NCBI GenBank assembly: GCA_963847575.1
Contig: CAWKAL010000072.1
Span: 1 to 60,943, forward strand
Reading direction: 5' to 3'
Source: an uncultured Gammaproteobacteria bacterium
GTDB taxonomy: Bacteria > Pseudomonadota > Gammaproteobacteria > SZUA-229
DNA: 60,943 nt
Below the pieces are notes generated by a model. The model was not told the DNA's origin and searched no databases. It saw nothing but the letters and a program-made list of their open reading frames with translations. Made by a program: the position numbers and the translations under genes. This document shows, piece by piece, positions 22,957 to 32,466 of this stretch (the first letter of the stretch is position 1; every line of letters begins with the position of its first letter).

Positions 22957-23558
22957 AGCACATCCCCCTCATGAATTATATAATCAGATACCGATACGGC
23001 AGATGGTGACGGCGAGTGTACTCCACCGAATGATATTCCAATATCAGCAGCCGCAAGCATCGGAACGTCATTGACACCATCGCCAATTGCGACTACTCGC
23101 TCATAACCGCGGGCCCTTATTTCTGAGACCGCATCACCTTTATTTAAAACAGTTGTCAGCTTCAACTCACCTGATTCATTGAAAGCCTTTGAAGAATACA
23201 TATTGCAGCCACATTTTTCAGCAATAGGTCGAACCCAGATATCCAGATTTCCTGTCACCAGGAAACAATCAGCTTTGTTAAGCTGTATGAAAGACAAAAT
23301 AGATTCGTTAAGTGGAATACCTTCAACCACCTCCTGCACTCTCGCGACAGGTACCTGACCTAAAATAAGGCAGCGTAATCTAAAACTTGGTTCAAACCCT
23401 ATATGACCATCCATTGTGGCACGAGTAAGCGTAGCGATTTCATCGGAAACACCAATTTCGGATGCAATACATGGCAACACTTCGGTTGTAGTAACTGTAC
23501 CATCAAGATCAAAACAAAAAGCAGTACGCATAGTTGTCAACGCTCCCATAAAAACCAT
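22932..23558 (-). CDS. HAD-IB family phosphatase (phosphoserine phosphatase-like)
   Basis: FDLDGT, TRATMDG..F..SFRLR, NKG, IGDGVNDVPML. Confidence 0.88.
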   Translation of the reverse strand: MVFMGALTTMRTAFCFDLDGTVTTTEVLPCIASEIGVSDEIATLTRATMDGHIGFEPSFRLRCLILGQVPVARVQEVVEGIPLNESILSFIQLNKADCFLVTGNLDIWVRPIAEKCGCNMYSSKAFNESGELKLTTVLNKGDAVSEIRARGYERVVAIGDGVNDVPMLAAADIGISFGGVHSPSPSAVSVSDYIIHEGDVLCRMLQAL

Positions 23559-24289
23559 CGTTGTTTTGTTTCAGCGCGATTATTCAACTCCGACTCGGCA
23601 TAAACATCCCCACAATCTAGTAACTGGAACCCAACGGAACCTATTGTTGCATCGAAAATTGATAAAAGCTCAGATTCAGTGCGATAAATTGCGTTGTAAT
23701 ACTGATCCATATCCTCCGAAAAGTGCTCCTTGAGGGTCAACCGATTCTGAACCGCGACAGGCTCACGAAAGAGTATCCTGGCATTTGGCGCTGCAACTAA
23801 AGAAAATCTGCGCAGGGCCTCCAGTACTGCATCATCATTTAGATATATATAAACACCAAATGACAAAATATGAGAAAACAAGTCTTGTGCACCGATAGCT
23901 TCGAGCGAAATATCATCAAGTGAGCACACTGAAAAATTCGCGTTACTACAATCACCGAAGCGCTGCCTGGCAACCCGCACCAGCCCGGGACTAACGTCGA
24001 CACCGTAGTATGTGCCGCATGCCGGGATAACCAGCTCAGCCCATCTCCCCGTACCACACCCAGCGTCGAGGACGCGGGCTTCCTTATCTATATGGAGCAT
24101 TGGATATAACAAAGCCTTCTCAGCAGCATCCCGACGCTCAGCTAACACCGGGTTCTTATCCTGGTATATCACTGCACGCGATGGCCCAAGAGTTTCAACT
24201 TTTTCGGCCCGTTTTTCGAAGAAATCAAGCACAGCCGCTTCGTCAATTACTAACTCTTCGTCACCCGGTTTCGTAAATGTTCTGCTCAT
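23537..24289 (-). CDS. Class I SAM-dependent methyltransferase
   Basis: VLDAGCGTGRW, GVDVS, YIYLND...ILFREP. Confidence 0.88.
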   Translation of the reverse strand: MSRTFTKPGDEELVIDEAAVLDFFEKRAEKVETLGPSRAVIYQDKNPVLAERRDAAEKALLYPMLHIDKEARVLDAGCGTGRWAELVIPACGTYYGVDVSPGLVRVARQRFGDCSNANFSVCSLDDISLEAIGAQDLFSHILSFGVYIYLNDDAVLEALRRFSLVAAPNARILFREPVAVQNRLTLKEHFSEDMDQYYNAIYRTESELLSIFDATIGSVGFQLLDCGDVYAESELNNRAETKQRWFLWER

Positions 24290-24291
24290 AT

Positions 24292-26448
24292 TTATGTTCC
24301 AGCGGTGGAATTGATTATTTCGTCTGAATGATTAAACTCGCCGAGCGTCAGTGAGCCAGGCTCATTAAACTCAAACAGAAATAATTTATTGACCAGTTTT
24401 CTTTCAGAAATTTCCTTGATTAATATCTCTTCCTGAAGAACATAACCCCGTCGTGCAATGAGTGCACGATAATCACTTATGGATCGGTACTTGGCAATGT
24501 AGCCATTCTGGTCTGTAGCCACCTGCTCTTGAGCAGATGAAAGCGTGTCGATCAACAGTAGATGCCCCCCATTTCTGGACAACATTTTGAGCTTGTCAAG
24601 AAAGGATAGAAACTTTGTATCCATGAAAATGCAACTGGTAACCCCCATACACGCAACCAGATCATACTTTTCGAATGGCGCTATGGTTTCTAGCTCCTGA
24701 GTCACAAACCGGACGTTACTGATGTTTTCTGCAGCAGCCGTTGCAACGGCCTGCTCAGTCAGGGATGGTGAGATATCATAACCCGTAATAGTATTGGCAT
24801 TCTTCGCTAGCAGGAATGTATAGCGACCGTCACCGCAGCCGATATCGATTGCATTTTTAAACGGCGGAAGTCGAGCCAGCAAGTCATTAAGTATGGCTTC
24901 CTTGGTGTCGTAGTAATCAGCTGGTGCAAGATATGTATCGCTTGCATCCTTCCAGTAGTTCTCAGAGCACATTTGTTCCGTTGTGGCCGGTGACACTGTG
25001 GGCGAGCCAATATCCCCCGCACTTATCGCTGTATAGATATGTTGACTGATGTTTTCGCCAACATTGGTATCCAGTCCAAACAGAAACTCAGGCAGCACAG
25101 CTTCACGTTCGGATTTTTGAGGATCTTCACTGTGTGTAACCATATCCATAAATTTAGCGATATCCTTAGAACCCGTAGCTGTATAGAGATAGCGAACCAG
25201 GTCTCTGTCATCGTTCATTCCAAGACCGTCCGGATGGTGTAAATACAAAAGAGGCTTACCGGTAGGGAGGTATTCCAGCAGGAATGATCCCACATCGGTC
25301 ATCAGTGCATCAGAAACAGAAAATGATAGTCGATGGTCTGAATTCTCATCAAGCGCCATGTTGCTGCTCTCGTTAATCATCCGCCGAAATTTCTGCTCGC
25401 CGTCCTCATCCAAAACACTGTGTTGCTGCATCGCCTGAAAAAACATGGGGTGAGGGCGAATTAGTAAAAACAGGTCAACCCTGCGAGCCATTTCGGCAAG
25501 AATAAACTCACTGTATAATTTATAGGTCGACCATGTTGGTGGGTCGCCCACAGAAAAATGCGGCGTCCAGAGCACTACCTTTCGCTGAGCAATCTTTTCA
25601 GCAAGTGTTGCAGGTAATTGATCCGCAATATCCGTCACGAGCAAATCAAATTTAGGATGCCCTGTCACAACAACATGGTCATTACCGGCTCGACAATATT
25701 TGCCGAACATCTTCTTATGTCGTTCTGAGCGGGCAAATATTCTCCATGCAGATCGATGCATAACCGTATCAAACTGCGCAGCTATGTTCCATGCACCACC
25801 ACCCATTTCCAGACCATAGGGGATATACGCGACTCTCGCTCCTGAACTATTTATACGCTCGATCTGCAGAGATTGTGGACGCGTTTCTTCATAGGGATTT
25901 TGCACGAAGACAACATGCGGCCTGAATGCGTTCAAATCAAAATATTCCGCACTATTAAAAGGTATATTTTCACTTATCAGGAATTGCCTCACATCATCGT
26001 AGGTTAGCGCCTCCGATGAAAAAGGATGCCTGAATGGCGTTAATACAATCTTCGTATGGAATCGTGGATCATTTTTCGCAGCATCCCAAACACTGCGCCA
26101 ACCAGGCCAAACTGAAAGGTGCTGCAATATAAATACAACCCTGATTGCCTCGTTCGGCTGCAGCACGTTGTGCGCCACATTTCCGTAAGGAATATCGATA
26201 GTTTGAAAATTTGCCATCGATTCTGACTTATTTGCCGACTGCGAACCCACCGAATCAGAATGTATATTCATTATCTCCGGCTGATTATGGGTATTTTTTC
26301 CGCCACCCTCGGATGAGCTGAGCGTGCCTGACAGTACATCCAGCCTGGATTGCAAACTGTCACATCTGGCATGCATGGCGCTTACTCCGGTCAACTTATC
26401 GCGGAGCCTGCGGAAAAAATTAATGACCTTCATGTGGTATCTGCTCAC
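24292..26448 (-). CDS. CDP-glycerol glycerophosphotransferase (TagF-like) family protein fused to a C-terminal SAM methyltransferase
   Basis: VTGHPKFD, LWTPH, IRPHP, SDALMTDVGSFLLEYLPTGKP; C-terminal IDIGCGDGRY, GYDIS. Confidence 0.8.
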   Translation of the reverse strand: MSRYHMKVINFFRRLRDKLTGVSAMHARCDSLQSRLDVLSGTLSSSEGGGKNTHNQPEIMNIHSDSVGSQSANKSESMANFQTIDIPYGNVAHNVLQPNEAIRVVFILQHLSVWPGWRSVWDAAKNDPRFHTKIVLTPFRHPFSSEALTYDDVRQFLISENIPFNSAEYFDLNAFRPHVVFVQNPYEETRPQSLQIERINSSGARVAYIPYGLEMGGGAWNIAAQFDTVMHRSAWRIFARSERHKKMFGKYCRAGNDHVVVTGHPKFDLLVTDIADQLPATLAEKIAQRKVVLWTPHFSVGDPPTWSTYKLYSEFILAEMARRVDLFLLIRPHPMFFQAMQQHSVLDEDGEQKFRRMINESSNMALDENSDHRLSFSVSDALMTDVGSFLLEYLPTGKPLLYLHHPDGLGMNDDRDLVRYLYTATGSKDIAKFMDMVTHSEDPQKSEREAVLPEFLFGLDTNVGENISQHIYTAISAGDIGSPTVSPATTEQMCSENYWKDASDTYLAPADYYDTKEAILNDLLARLPPFKNAIDIGCGDGRYTFLLAKNANTITGYDISPSLTEQAVATAAAENISNVRFVTQELETIAPFEKYDLVACMGVTSCIFMDTKFLSFLDKLKMLSRNGGHLLLIDTLSSAQEQVATDQNGYIAKYRSISDYRALIARRGYVLQEEILIKEISERKLVNKLFLFEFNEPGSLTLGEFNHSDEIINSTAGT

Positions 26449-26517
26449 CTGGCTTTATGACGTCAAAATAAATTAACGCGTCAGAATCTTTTATTAACTT
26501 GATCATCGGGTGTGCTC

Positions 26518-26725
26518 CTATGATGCAAAGAAATCTTGAAGTACACTCGCCGCGCGCCGAAGTTCATCAACTTCCATATCCTGAAACATCGGCCAACTCA
26601 ATACTTCCTACATTAATATTTCTACGATACTAAGCATAGACCAGCAAAACCTGATATCTGGCTTCACGATGCGGCGAGATCGCCAATACTCCCAAGTTTT
26701 TTCCATTATTATATGCGCCTGATTC
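26518..26725 (-). pseudogene. Heavily deleted DegT/DnrJ aminotransferase remnant
   Basis: Fragments QAH, KNLG(-1)IGD and EVLSWPMFQDMEVDELRRAASVLQDFFAS* parallel [12 protein letters not shown] and EVLSLPI in the intact aminotransferase at 35294-36394. Confidence 0.5.
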
Positions 26726-26734
26726 CCGAGACGC

Positions 26735-27372
26735 ATTTTAAAGAGCTTTTCGCATACCTGGTAAATATAAACACTCAGCAATGGCACTGCCATTGCTTAT
26801 CTTAATAATGCGTAGTTTGTAACTCGGCGCTTATGCCATTAATAGTGGCCCAACATTCACTCCAGTAAAACTGAAACACAACACCCGGTATAAATGTCAA
26901 TGGTAATAATCTATCGCCACATGCATCGCCGTAACTACTTTTGTTCAACACGCGTGTCTCGCACAAAAGCCACAACCCGATCATAGGAGCCGGTATAGCC
27001 AATTACACCAGATTATAAAACAGCTGTTAACCTGATTGTCGCTAATTACGTGGTCGCTGAGACTCAGTGTTAAACCAGCAGGCTAAAGCCCTGGGATTCC
27101 AATACTGGGACTTTACGCTTTGGATACTGGTGATCAGCCGCGCCACTGGCTTGGCATTTGCGAACATTGTGGCGAGACTACCCGGTTCTACCAGCAATCG
27201 TATGCATGGACATACCATCACGAAGATGCCAGCGTCGAATCACACTTAATAATTTCATGTCCATCACTCCTGCTATCCCCTGCTAACTGATCAGCACTAT
27301 AGGATTTAACATGGGCCAATCTCAGCTGCCAATTTACGGGGTTGGTGGGTCAGTTGTGGATGCAATCCGACA
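26735..27372 (-). mobile_element. istA: Degenerate IS21-family element (left IR plus 5' istA pseudogene)
   Basis: End TGTCGGATTGCATCCACAACTGACCCA at 27372; broken translation MDMKLLSVIRRWHLRDGMS...RTG*SRHNVRK...GYTGSYDRVVAF...PLTFIPGVVFQFYWSE, typical of the IstA N-terminus. Confidence 0.8.
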
Positions 27373-27408
27373 ACAAATGGGATCGCCTTACCGAAATCCC
27401 CGTATTTT

Positions 27409-28398
27409 TTAAAAATCAAGGATAATTTCATCCACTATATAAGTTGGTATACCATGCACACCTTCTTCTGTGAAAAACCAGATATCAAAGCTGCCCGTTA
27501 GCTGTAACATAAGAGAATTGATGTATTCCAGGTATAACTCTGGTGACCTACCCGAGAAACAACATGGATCCATCTCGTTAAAGACCTGAACTTGCCGCCT
27601 TCCAGTAGAAGCCAGTAAAAAGAGTTCGAGATAGCCCGGTGTTTCAGGGTACAAATTTGACACCAGCCGTTGTTCATAATCTCCATATGAGTTCGGATCC
27701 AGTTGCCTCAACAACTCGGGATAAACCCCAGATATTGGGTAACTTGCCGTAATCCGTGAATCTAATGCGGAGACTAAAGCTGTAGTCCATCCACCGCCAC
27801 TAATACCTATCATCGCAGTCGACTGAGGCGCCAGAACAGACTCAACCCAGTTAAGGCTTACGATAACAGGTAGAATAAATATATGCAGGGGCAAGTCAAT
27901 ATGCGCAGCAGTTCCAGATCCGCTACCGTTCATACCAAGCTCAGGCATTGCCAAAGCCAATACTGTTAAATTGGACTCCAATAGACGGTCAATCGTCTCC
28001 TTTCCGTAAATTCTGAAATCTCCTTTGTGACCCTGATGATATATGACAAGTTTTCCGTTTGAAGATATTGGATGAAGCAGATAAGCCACGCTTAGGTGCC
28101 CATCTGTCATAACTTCTATGCGATCTATCTGATAACCTGGCCATATCGGGTCTGAAATTGACTCTACTAGATCAGGCATACGGGTAGGCCACTGACCTAA
28201 CCATTCCGAAATAGCAATTTGTCGGTAATGCTCAACATCAAACGGATTAGAGATTCTGTTCCACTGAGACCAATCTAATTCAGTCTCATCAATTGTAGTT
28301 TCTGTATTATCAACAGAACTATCGCAAGCAATCAAAAGAAGTGAAAATATAAGCATGAGTGGAATAATGCTTATACACCATGATGATTTTTGCTTCAT
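27409..28398 (-). CDS. Putative lipoprotein, alpha/beta hydrolase fold
   Basis: Signal peptide with lipobox LIAC; YHQGH; GISGGG nucleophile elbow; DPCCF; C-terminal His. Confidence 0.7.
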   Translation of the reverse strand: MKQKSSWCISIIPLMLIFSLLLIACDSSVDNTETTIDETELDWSQWNRISNPFDVEHYRQIAISEWLGQWPTRMPDLVESISDPIWPGYQIDRIEVMTDGHLSVAYLLHPISSNGKLVIYHQGHKGDFRIYGKETIDRLLESNLTVLALAMPELGMNGSGSGTAAHIDLPLHIFILPVIVSLNWVESVLAPQSTAMIGISGGGWTTALVSALDSRITASYPISGVYPELLRQLDPNSYGDYEQRLVSNLYPETPGYLELFLLASTGRRQVQVFNEMDPCCFSGRSPELYLEYINSLMLQLTGSFDIWFFTEEGVHGIPTYIVDEIILDF

Positions 28399-28562
28399 AT
28401 TGATATCTTTCCAGGCGACCTGATCAGTTATTTATAACGCTTAATTATAGACTACAGCGTCGCTGAGGTGTATACCTTCAAATCAGAATGGGCGAGCCGG
28501 TAAGGCCATAGATGAAAAACCAGCCATGGGTTTACTTGATGGCATTTAGCCAAAATACAAAA

Positions 28563-30017
28563 TCACGGATTTATTAATCTCATGCCGGCTTTTCTTAATA
28601 ATGGCCTGCCAATCGAGGTCATAACTACCAATATCCATAACACGCCGAATAATTTTATCGGCAGCAAATAACGCGCTTCGAAGTGCACAATAAAACAGAA
28701 CAACGTAGAGCCAACGAATAAGGCAGAAAAAATAGTAGCCTCAACTAGCCCTTGTGATCGATTTTGAATAATACGAAGAACAGCTACAATAAGAATCGAA
28801 ATAAACAGCAGTGTATTAAACATCACCTCCCCTGTTTGTTTAAAGAAATCATCAAAGCTACCACCCCATGCTTTCCAGAAATAGGGTAACTTGAAGCTTA
28901 ACAAAGCTATTGGCTGGGTAATCGCAACCTTAATTGCCGAATTTCTATATTCTTCAATGGTGATGGTCTCACCCTGATCTCGACGATTTTCAAATTCTCG
29001 ACATTTTTGCGGGGAGACTGCACACATCGAATGCCCTCCACCAGCACTTATGAAACCCGCACCATGCTGAATGAGCCAGTCTTCATCTCTCCACAAACTC
29101 TCAAATATATAGGAAACACTTGCCATAGCAATGGCATGCCCGTATTGATGCATATAAATCTTGTATGGCAAAACACATGCCTGATAAAAAACGAAAATGA
29201 TAAATAAGCTCCTAGATAGCTTTATCAACTCCTGGCGCCGCCGAGTATCAGTGTTTTTTTTCAAATAAAAGTAATAGATTGCAATCAAGAAAACCGATGC
29301 GCCCGCCAGAGCGTGAACAATGAGATCAAATTGTGCACGGATGTACGCTGCTACCGCAAGCAGGATCCCTATGAAGATTGCTCTGCCTATGGTAATTGCA
29401 ACCTTAGCTGACACCAACCGCCAAATATCTAGTAATGCGATTGCGAAAATCGCGGTAGAAATTGGCTCCGACATTAATATAGCATTCCATAAATAGTAAT
29501 CAGAAATAAACGGCACTAACAGGAGAAGCAAGGGCAATCCAGCTGTATATACAGCGCCGATCCCGATTGATTGCTTCAACAACGTGAACACACGATAAAA
29601 TACAATTGCCCAGAGAAATGCCGATATCAAAAACAATGCCAGGGGCAGCGGGACAAGATTTGCCCGAATAAGAACCAGCTCGATAAATGAAAAACCCGGA
29701 GGCCATGTGCCATACCCCAAAGATCTAAATGCGTTAAGCCCATGCTCTTCAAGTGCATAGGTGCTTCTGACATAAGAAGCAATATCACTACCCCCATAAC
29801 ACTGAATAATTTCAGCTGGTGTGGAATAAAGCGTTATAGCACCAAATTGAGGACAAGCTGAATTGGATATTATTCCTGCATCATGTGTCAATAATTCGAA
29901 CAAACAGATCAGAGAAAAATAGAACGAAATAAGTATTAACGCCGATCCTCCTTCAATTAATCTTGCAAAATAATTTATCGTCCAATGGTCGACGATTTTA
30001 TAATTACTACCTGGCAT
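28563..30017 (-). CDS. Polytopic membrane protein, possible GT-C glycosyltransferase
   Basis: 484 aa with many hydrophobic segments; D..SY loop, WPPGF, MSEP, EARYLLP. Confidence 0.55.
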   Translation of the reverse strand: MPGSNYKIVDHWTINYFARLIEGGSALILISFYFSLICLFELLTHDAGIISNSACPQFGAITLYSTPAEIIQCYGGSDIASYVRSTYALEEHGLNAFRSLGYGTWPPGFSFIELVLIRANLVPLPLALFLISAFLWAIVFYRVFTLLKQSIGIGAVYTAGLPLLLLLVPFISDYYLWNAILMSEPISTAIFAIALLDIWRLVSAKVAITIGRAIFIGILLAVAAYIRAQFDLIVHALAGASVFLIAIYYFYLKKNTDTRRRQELIKLSRSLFIIFVFYQACVLPYKIYMHQYGHAIAMASVSYIFESLWRDEDWLIQHGAGFISAGGGHSMCAVSPQKCREFENRRDQGETITIEEYRNSAIKVAITQPIALLSFKLPYFWKAWGGSFDDFFKQTGEVMFNTLLFISILIVAVLRIIQNRSQGLVEATIFSALFVGSTLFCFIVHFEARYLLPIKLFGVLWILVVMTSIGRPLLRKAGMRLINP

Positions 30018-30208
30018 TTCAATCTACCCCGCCCAATTGAAATACACTCCTACCATGCCACTCAGGCCAGTAGCGTGTTTATTACAAGCATCGAAGATTG
30101 TAAAAAAGTCAAGCAAGGTTTTCATAAATACCCCCAACATAGCTGGCATTTAATGTCGGATATTTTCATAAATGTAAACCTCATATTATTACGCATAAAA
30201 ATATCGAC

Positions 30209-30559
30209 CTAGCCGTGAGACCAGCCAACAATAGCGATACCAAAAGCTATGCATGCAATCCCAGTCCATTGTACGCCGTTGATAGGCTCAGATAATATGA
30301 ATGATGATGCCAATATCACCGCAACGAATTGTGCTGCAGCGAATGATTGCGCGACATTTAGAGGTATCCAGCTCAATATAATCAAATAAAATATCGCTGA
30401 TGTGCCGAAAAAACCTAAACCAAGTAGAACGCGAGTTGAAAACAGGCGATCTATAAAACCAGCGCCGCCTACATCTAACCCTGTTGCACCCATTTTCATA
30501 AACAGGTTAGCGATTACGGTACATGTAATCATGGCCATGAAGGTAAGTACAATTTTCAT
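30209..30559 (-). CDS. EamA/SMR-type small membrane protein (ArnE/ArnF-like flippase)
   Basis: 116 aa, four hydrophobic helices, PLNVAQS, ILSEPI...GI. Confidence 0.75.
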   Translation of the reverse strand: MKIVLTFMAMITCTVIANLFMKMGATGLDVGGAGFIDRLFSTRVLLGLGFFGTSAIFYLIILSWIPLNVAQSFAAAQFVAVILASSFILSEPINGVQWTGIACIAFGIAIVGWSHG

Positions 30560-31539
30560 TTTGACACCTGCGAAGGTTTTTCTGCGACACTAACGACCTG
30601 TAATCCTGCACGACTTAAGCCCGGAAGCTTTACCATAAAATCATCAAAATAAGTCGCCAGTCGTGTAATCGTCCGTATGCCTGGTATGAATCTAAACAGC
30701 CTGTTAAATACCAGCACGTCACTGTTCATAAAAAAACAAAATCCTAAAAACCCGTAAGTCTTCCAGGATATCAATCGAAATCCGGCCTTTTCAAGAACCG
30801 GTACTGTTTCATCCCAAAGCAGAGGACGCTCCGTTTCCGCATCAAGAGCAGGTGATGCAGAATAAATTACAGCACGTATCCAACGCCATAAAAAAAAGTC
30901 GCTAACCGGCTCGCGAAAATAGAATCGACCTCCAGGCTTAAGGATTCTGAATATTTCAGCGAATAATGCTTCCCTATCTGGTACATGGTGAATCCCGCCG
31001 AATATAAAAACACTGCTAAATTGATCACCTTGCAAAGGTAACTTTGTGGCATCACCTTGCACAAAAATAAAATCTTTATTTTCCTTATACTTGTCTTGAG
31101 CAATTTCGAGCATATTACTCGATATATCCACACCAACCCCTCCTATATCATTTCTTTTCAGCAAGGTCAGTAATTCCCCATGCCCGCAACATATTTCTGC
31201 CACGTCTGACAAATCAGCATTATCAATTTGCTCAAGAAACACCCTGTCCAGGTAACCAAGATATTCTATTGTATGAGGATAACCGAGATTTTCAACATAC
31301 TTGGCGGCCACTTCATCATAATGTGCACGCTGTCTTTCGGCATTCGCTGACAGAAACGTCTCAGCAAAAAGAGGTATGTCCGTAGAGGATAATGCATAAC
31401 GATAAACCCCGTCAGCACTGACAAACTCATCATTTTCTCTATGTAATACTTGATGAGATATAGGGCAACATAACTTATCAATGATATTGTTATCATGATG
31501 ATAGCCCGCTTCAGGAATTGCGTTTATCTTCTTAATCAT
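30556..31539 (-). CDS. Class I SAM-dependent methyltransferase (Trm112-like N-terminus)
   Basis: LCCPIS N-terminus; EICCGHG, GVDIS, GDATKLP, GIHHVPD, RILKPGG. Confidence 0.85.
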   Translation of the reverse strand: MIKKINAIPEAGYHHDNNIIDKLCCPISHQVLHRENDEFVSADGVYRYALSSTDIPLFAETFLSANAERQRAHYDEVAAKYVENLGYPHTIEYLGYLDRVFLEQIDNADLSDVAEICCGHGELLTLLKRNDIGGVGVDISSNMLEIAQDKYKENKDFIFVQGDATKLPLQGDQFSSVFIFGGIHHVPDREALFAEIFRILKPGGRFYFREPVSDFFLWRWIRAVIYSASPALDAETERPLLWDETVPVLEKAGFRLISWKTYGFLGFCFFMNSDVLVFNRLFRFIPGIRTITRLATYFDDFMVKLPGLSRAGLQVVSVAEKPSQVSK

Positions 31540-31725
31540 ATTAAATAATCTCTCTAAAATTCAATCTGCTGAGACTGGATTGAATCTTCTCTAAATCTGG
31601 AACCATGTATCTCTTCCACTCAGTGATGATGACAGTGATTTTCAAAAAAACACCTCTAACTTTAGTTAATAAACTATTAATAAAACACAGAACAGCCCTA
31701 AAGATAGATAAATTAAACAAGACGT

Positions 31726-32460
31726 TCATGCCGACTTCCGAACCACCGCAAGTAATGATACTCCAAATGGCGGAGATATTTTTTTAGCAGTCGCTATATC
31801 CACCAAAAATAATTTTGTTAAAAAACTGTTAATCCAGGGTGAATTTAATTCATTCTCACTAGCAAGATTAATTTTAAATACTCGGATTGCTTGCCTCACG
31901 ATCCATATAGGTAAAAAGAATAAATAGTTAAAATAAAAACATTCGTCCACTTCTAATCCGGCACTATTCAGTTTATCAATTAATTCTTGTTTTCTGTATC
32001 GGCGTTTATGGTGAGAAACAGTATCTTGCAGGCCCCACAATGACTGGAAAGCAGGAACGGTAATTATGGCATGGCCACCAGACTTTAGGACCCGCTCAAT
32101 CTCACGTAATGCAGTGACATCATCATCCACATGTTCAATGATGTCGGTTGCCATTACCAGGTCATAAACATTCTCGAGGCTTGGGATGTCACATATATCT
32201 CCCTTATCAACTAACCCTAAGCCTTTATCAGCACACCAACGAATTGCCTCCTCATATAAATCCAAGCCACGAACATTAACAAACCCAGCATCTCGAAGCA
32301 TTCTTAAATTTGTTCCCGTACTTGTGCCAATGTCTAGAATCGCAGCTGTATGAGATAATTGGATAGTTTCAATAACCGATCTAAAAAGTTTGCGTCGACC
32401 AACGAACCACCAGTGGGTGGCCTCAACCTGAGCTTCAACTTCATATGTAGAGTAATCCAT
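31726..32460 (-). CDS. Class I SAM-dependent methyltransferase
   Basis: HWWFVGRR, LDIGTSTG, DIIEHVDDD, TVPAFQSLWG..D...HHKRRY. Confidence 0.88.
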   Translation of the reverse strand: MDYSTYEVEAQVEATHWWFVGRRKLFRSVIETIQLSHTAAILDIGTSTGTNLRMLRDAGFVNVRGLDLYEEAIRWCADKGLGLVDKGDICDIPSLENVYDLVMATDIIEHVDDDVTALREIERVLKSGGHAIITVPAFQSLWGLQDTVSHHKRRYRKQELIDKLNSAGLEVDECFYFNYLFFLPIWIVRQAIRVFKINLASENELNSPWINSFLTKLFLVDIATAKKISPPFGVSLLAVVRKSA

Positions 32461-32466
32461 AGTGAA

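Noticed and set aside
27343-27375. Apparent REP-like palindrome gttgtggatgcaatccgacaac
   Set aside because: Better explained as the terminal inverted repeat of the IS21 relic.
31541-31729. 62-aa ORF between two methyltransferases
   Set aside because: It fits the operon spacing but has no recognisable motif; cannot be supported as a gene.
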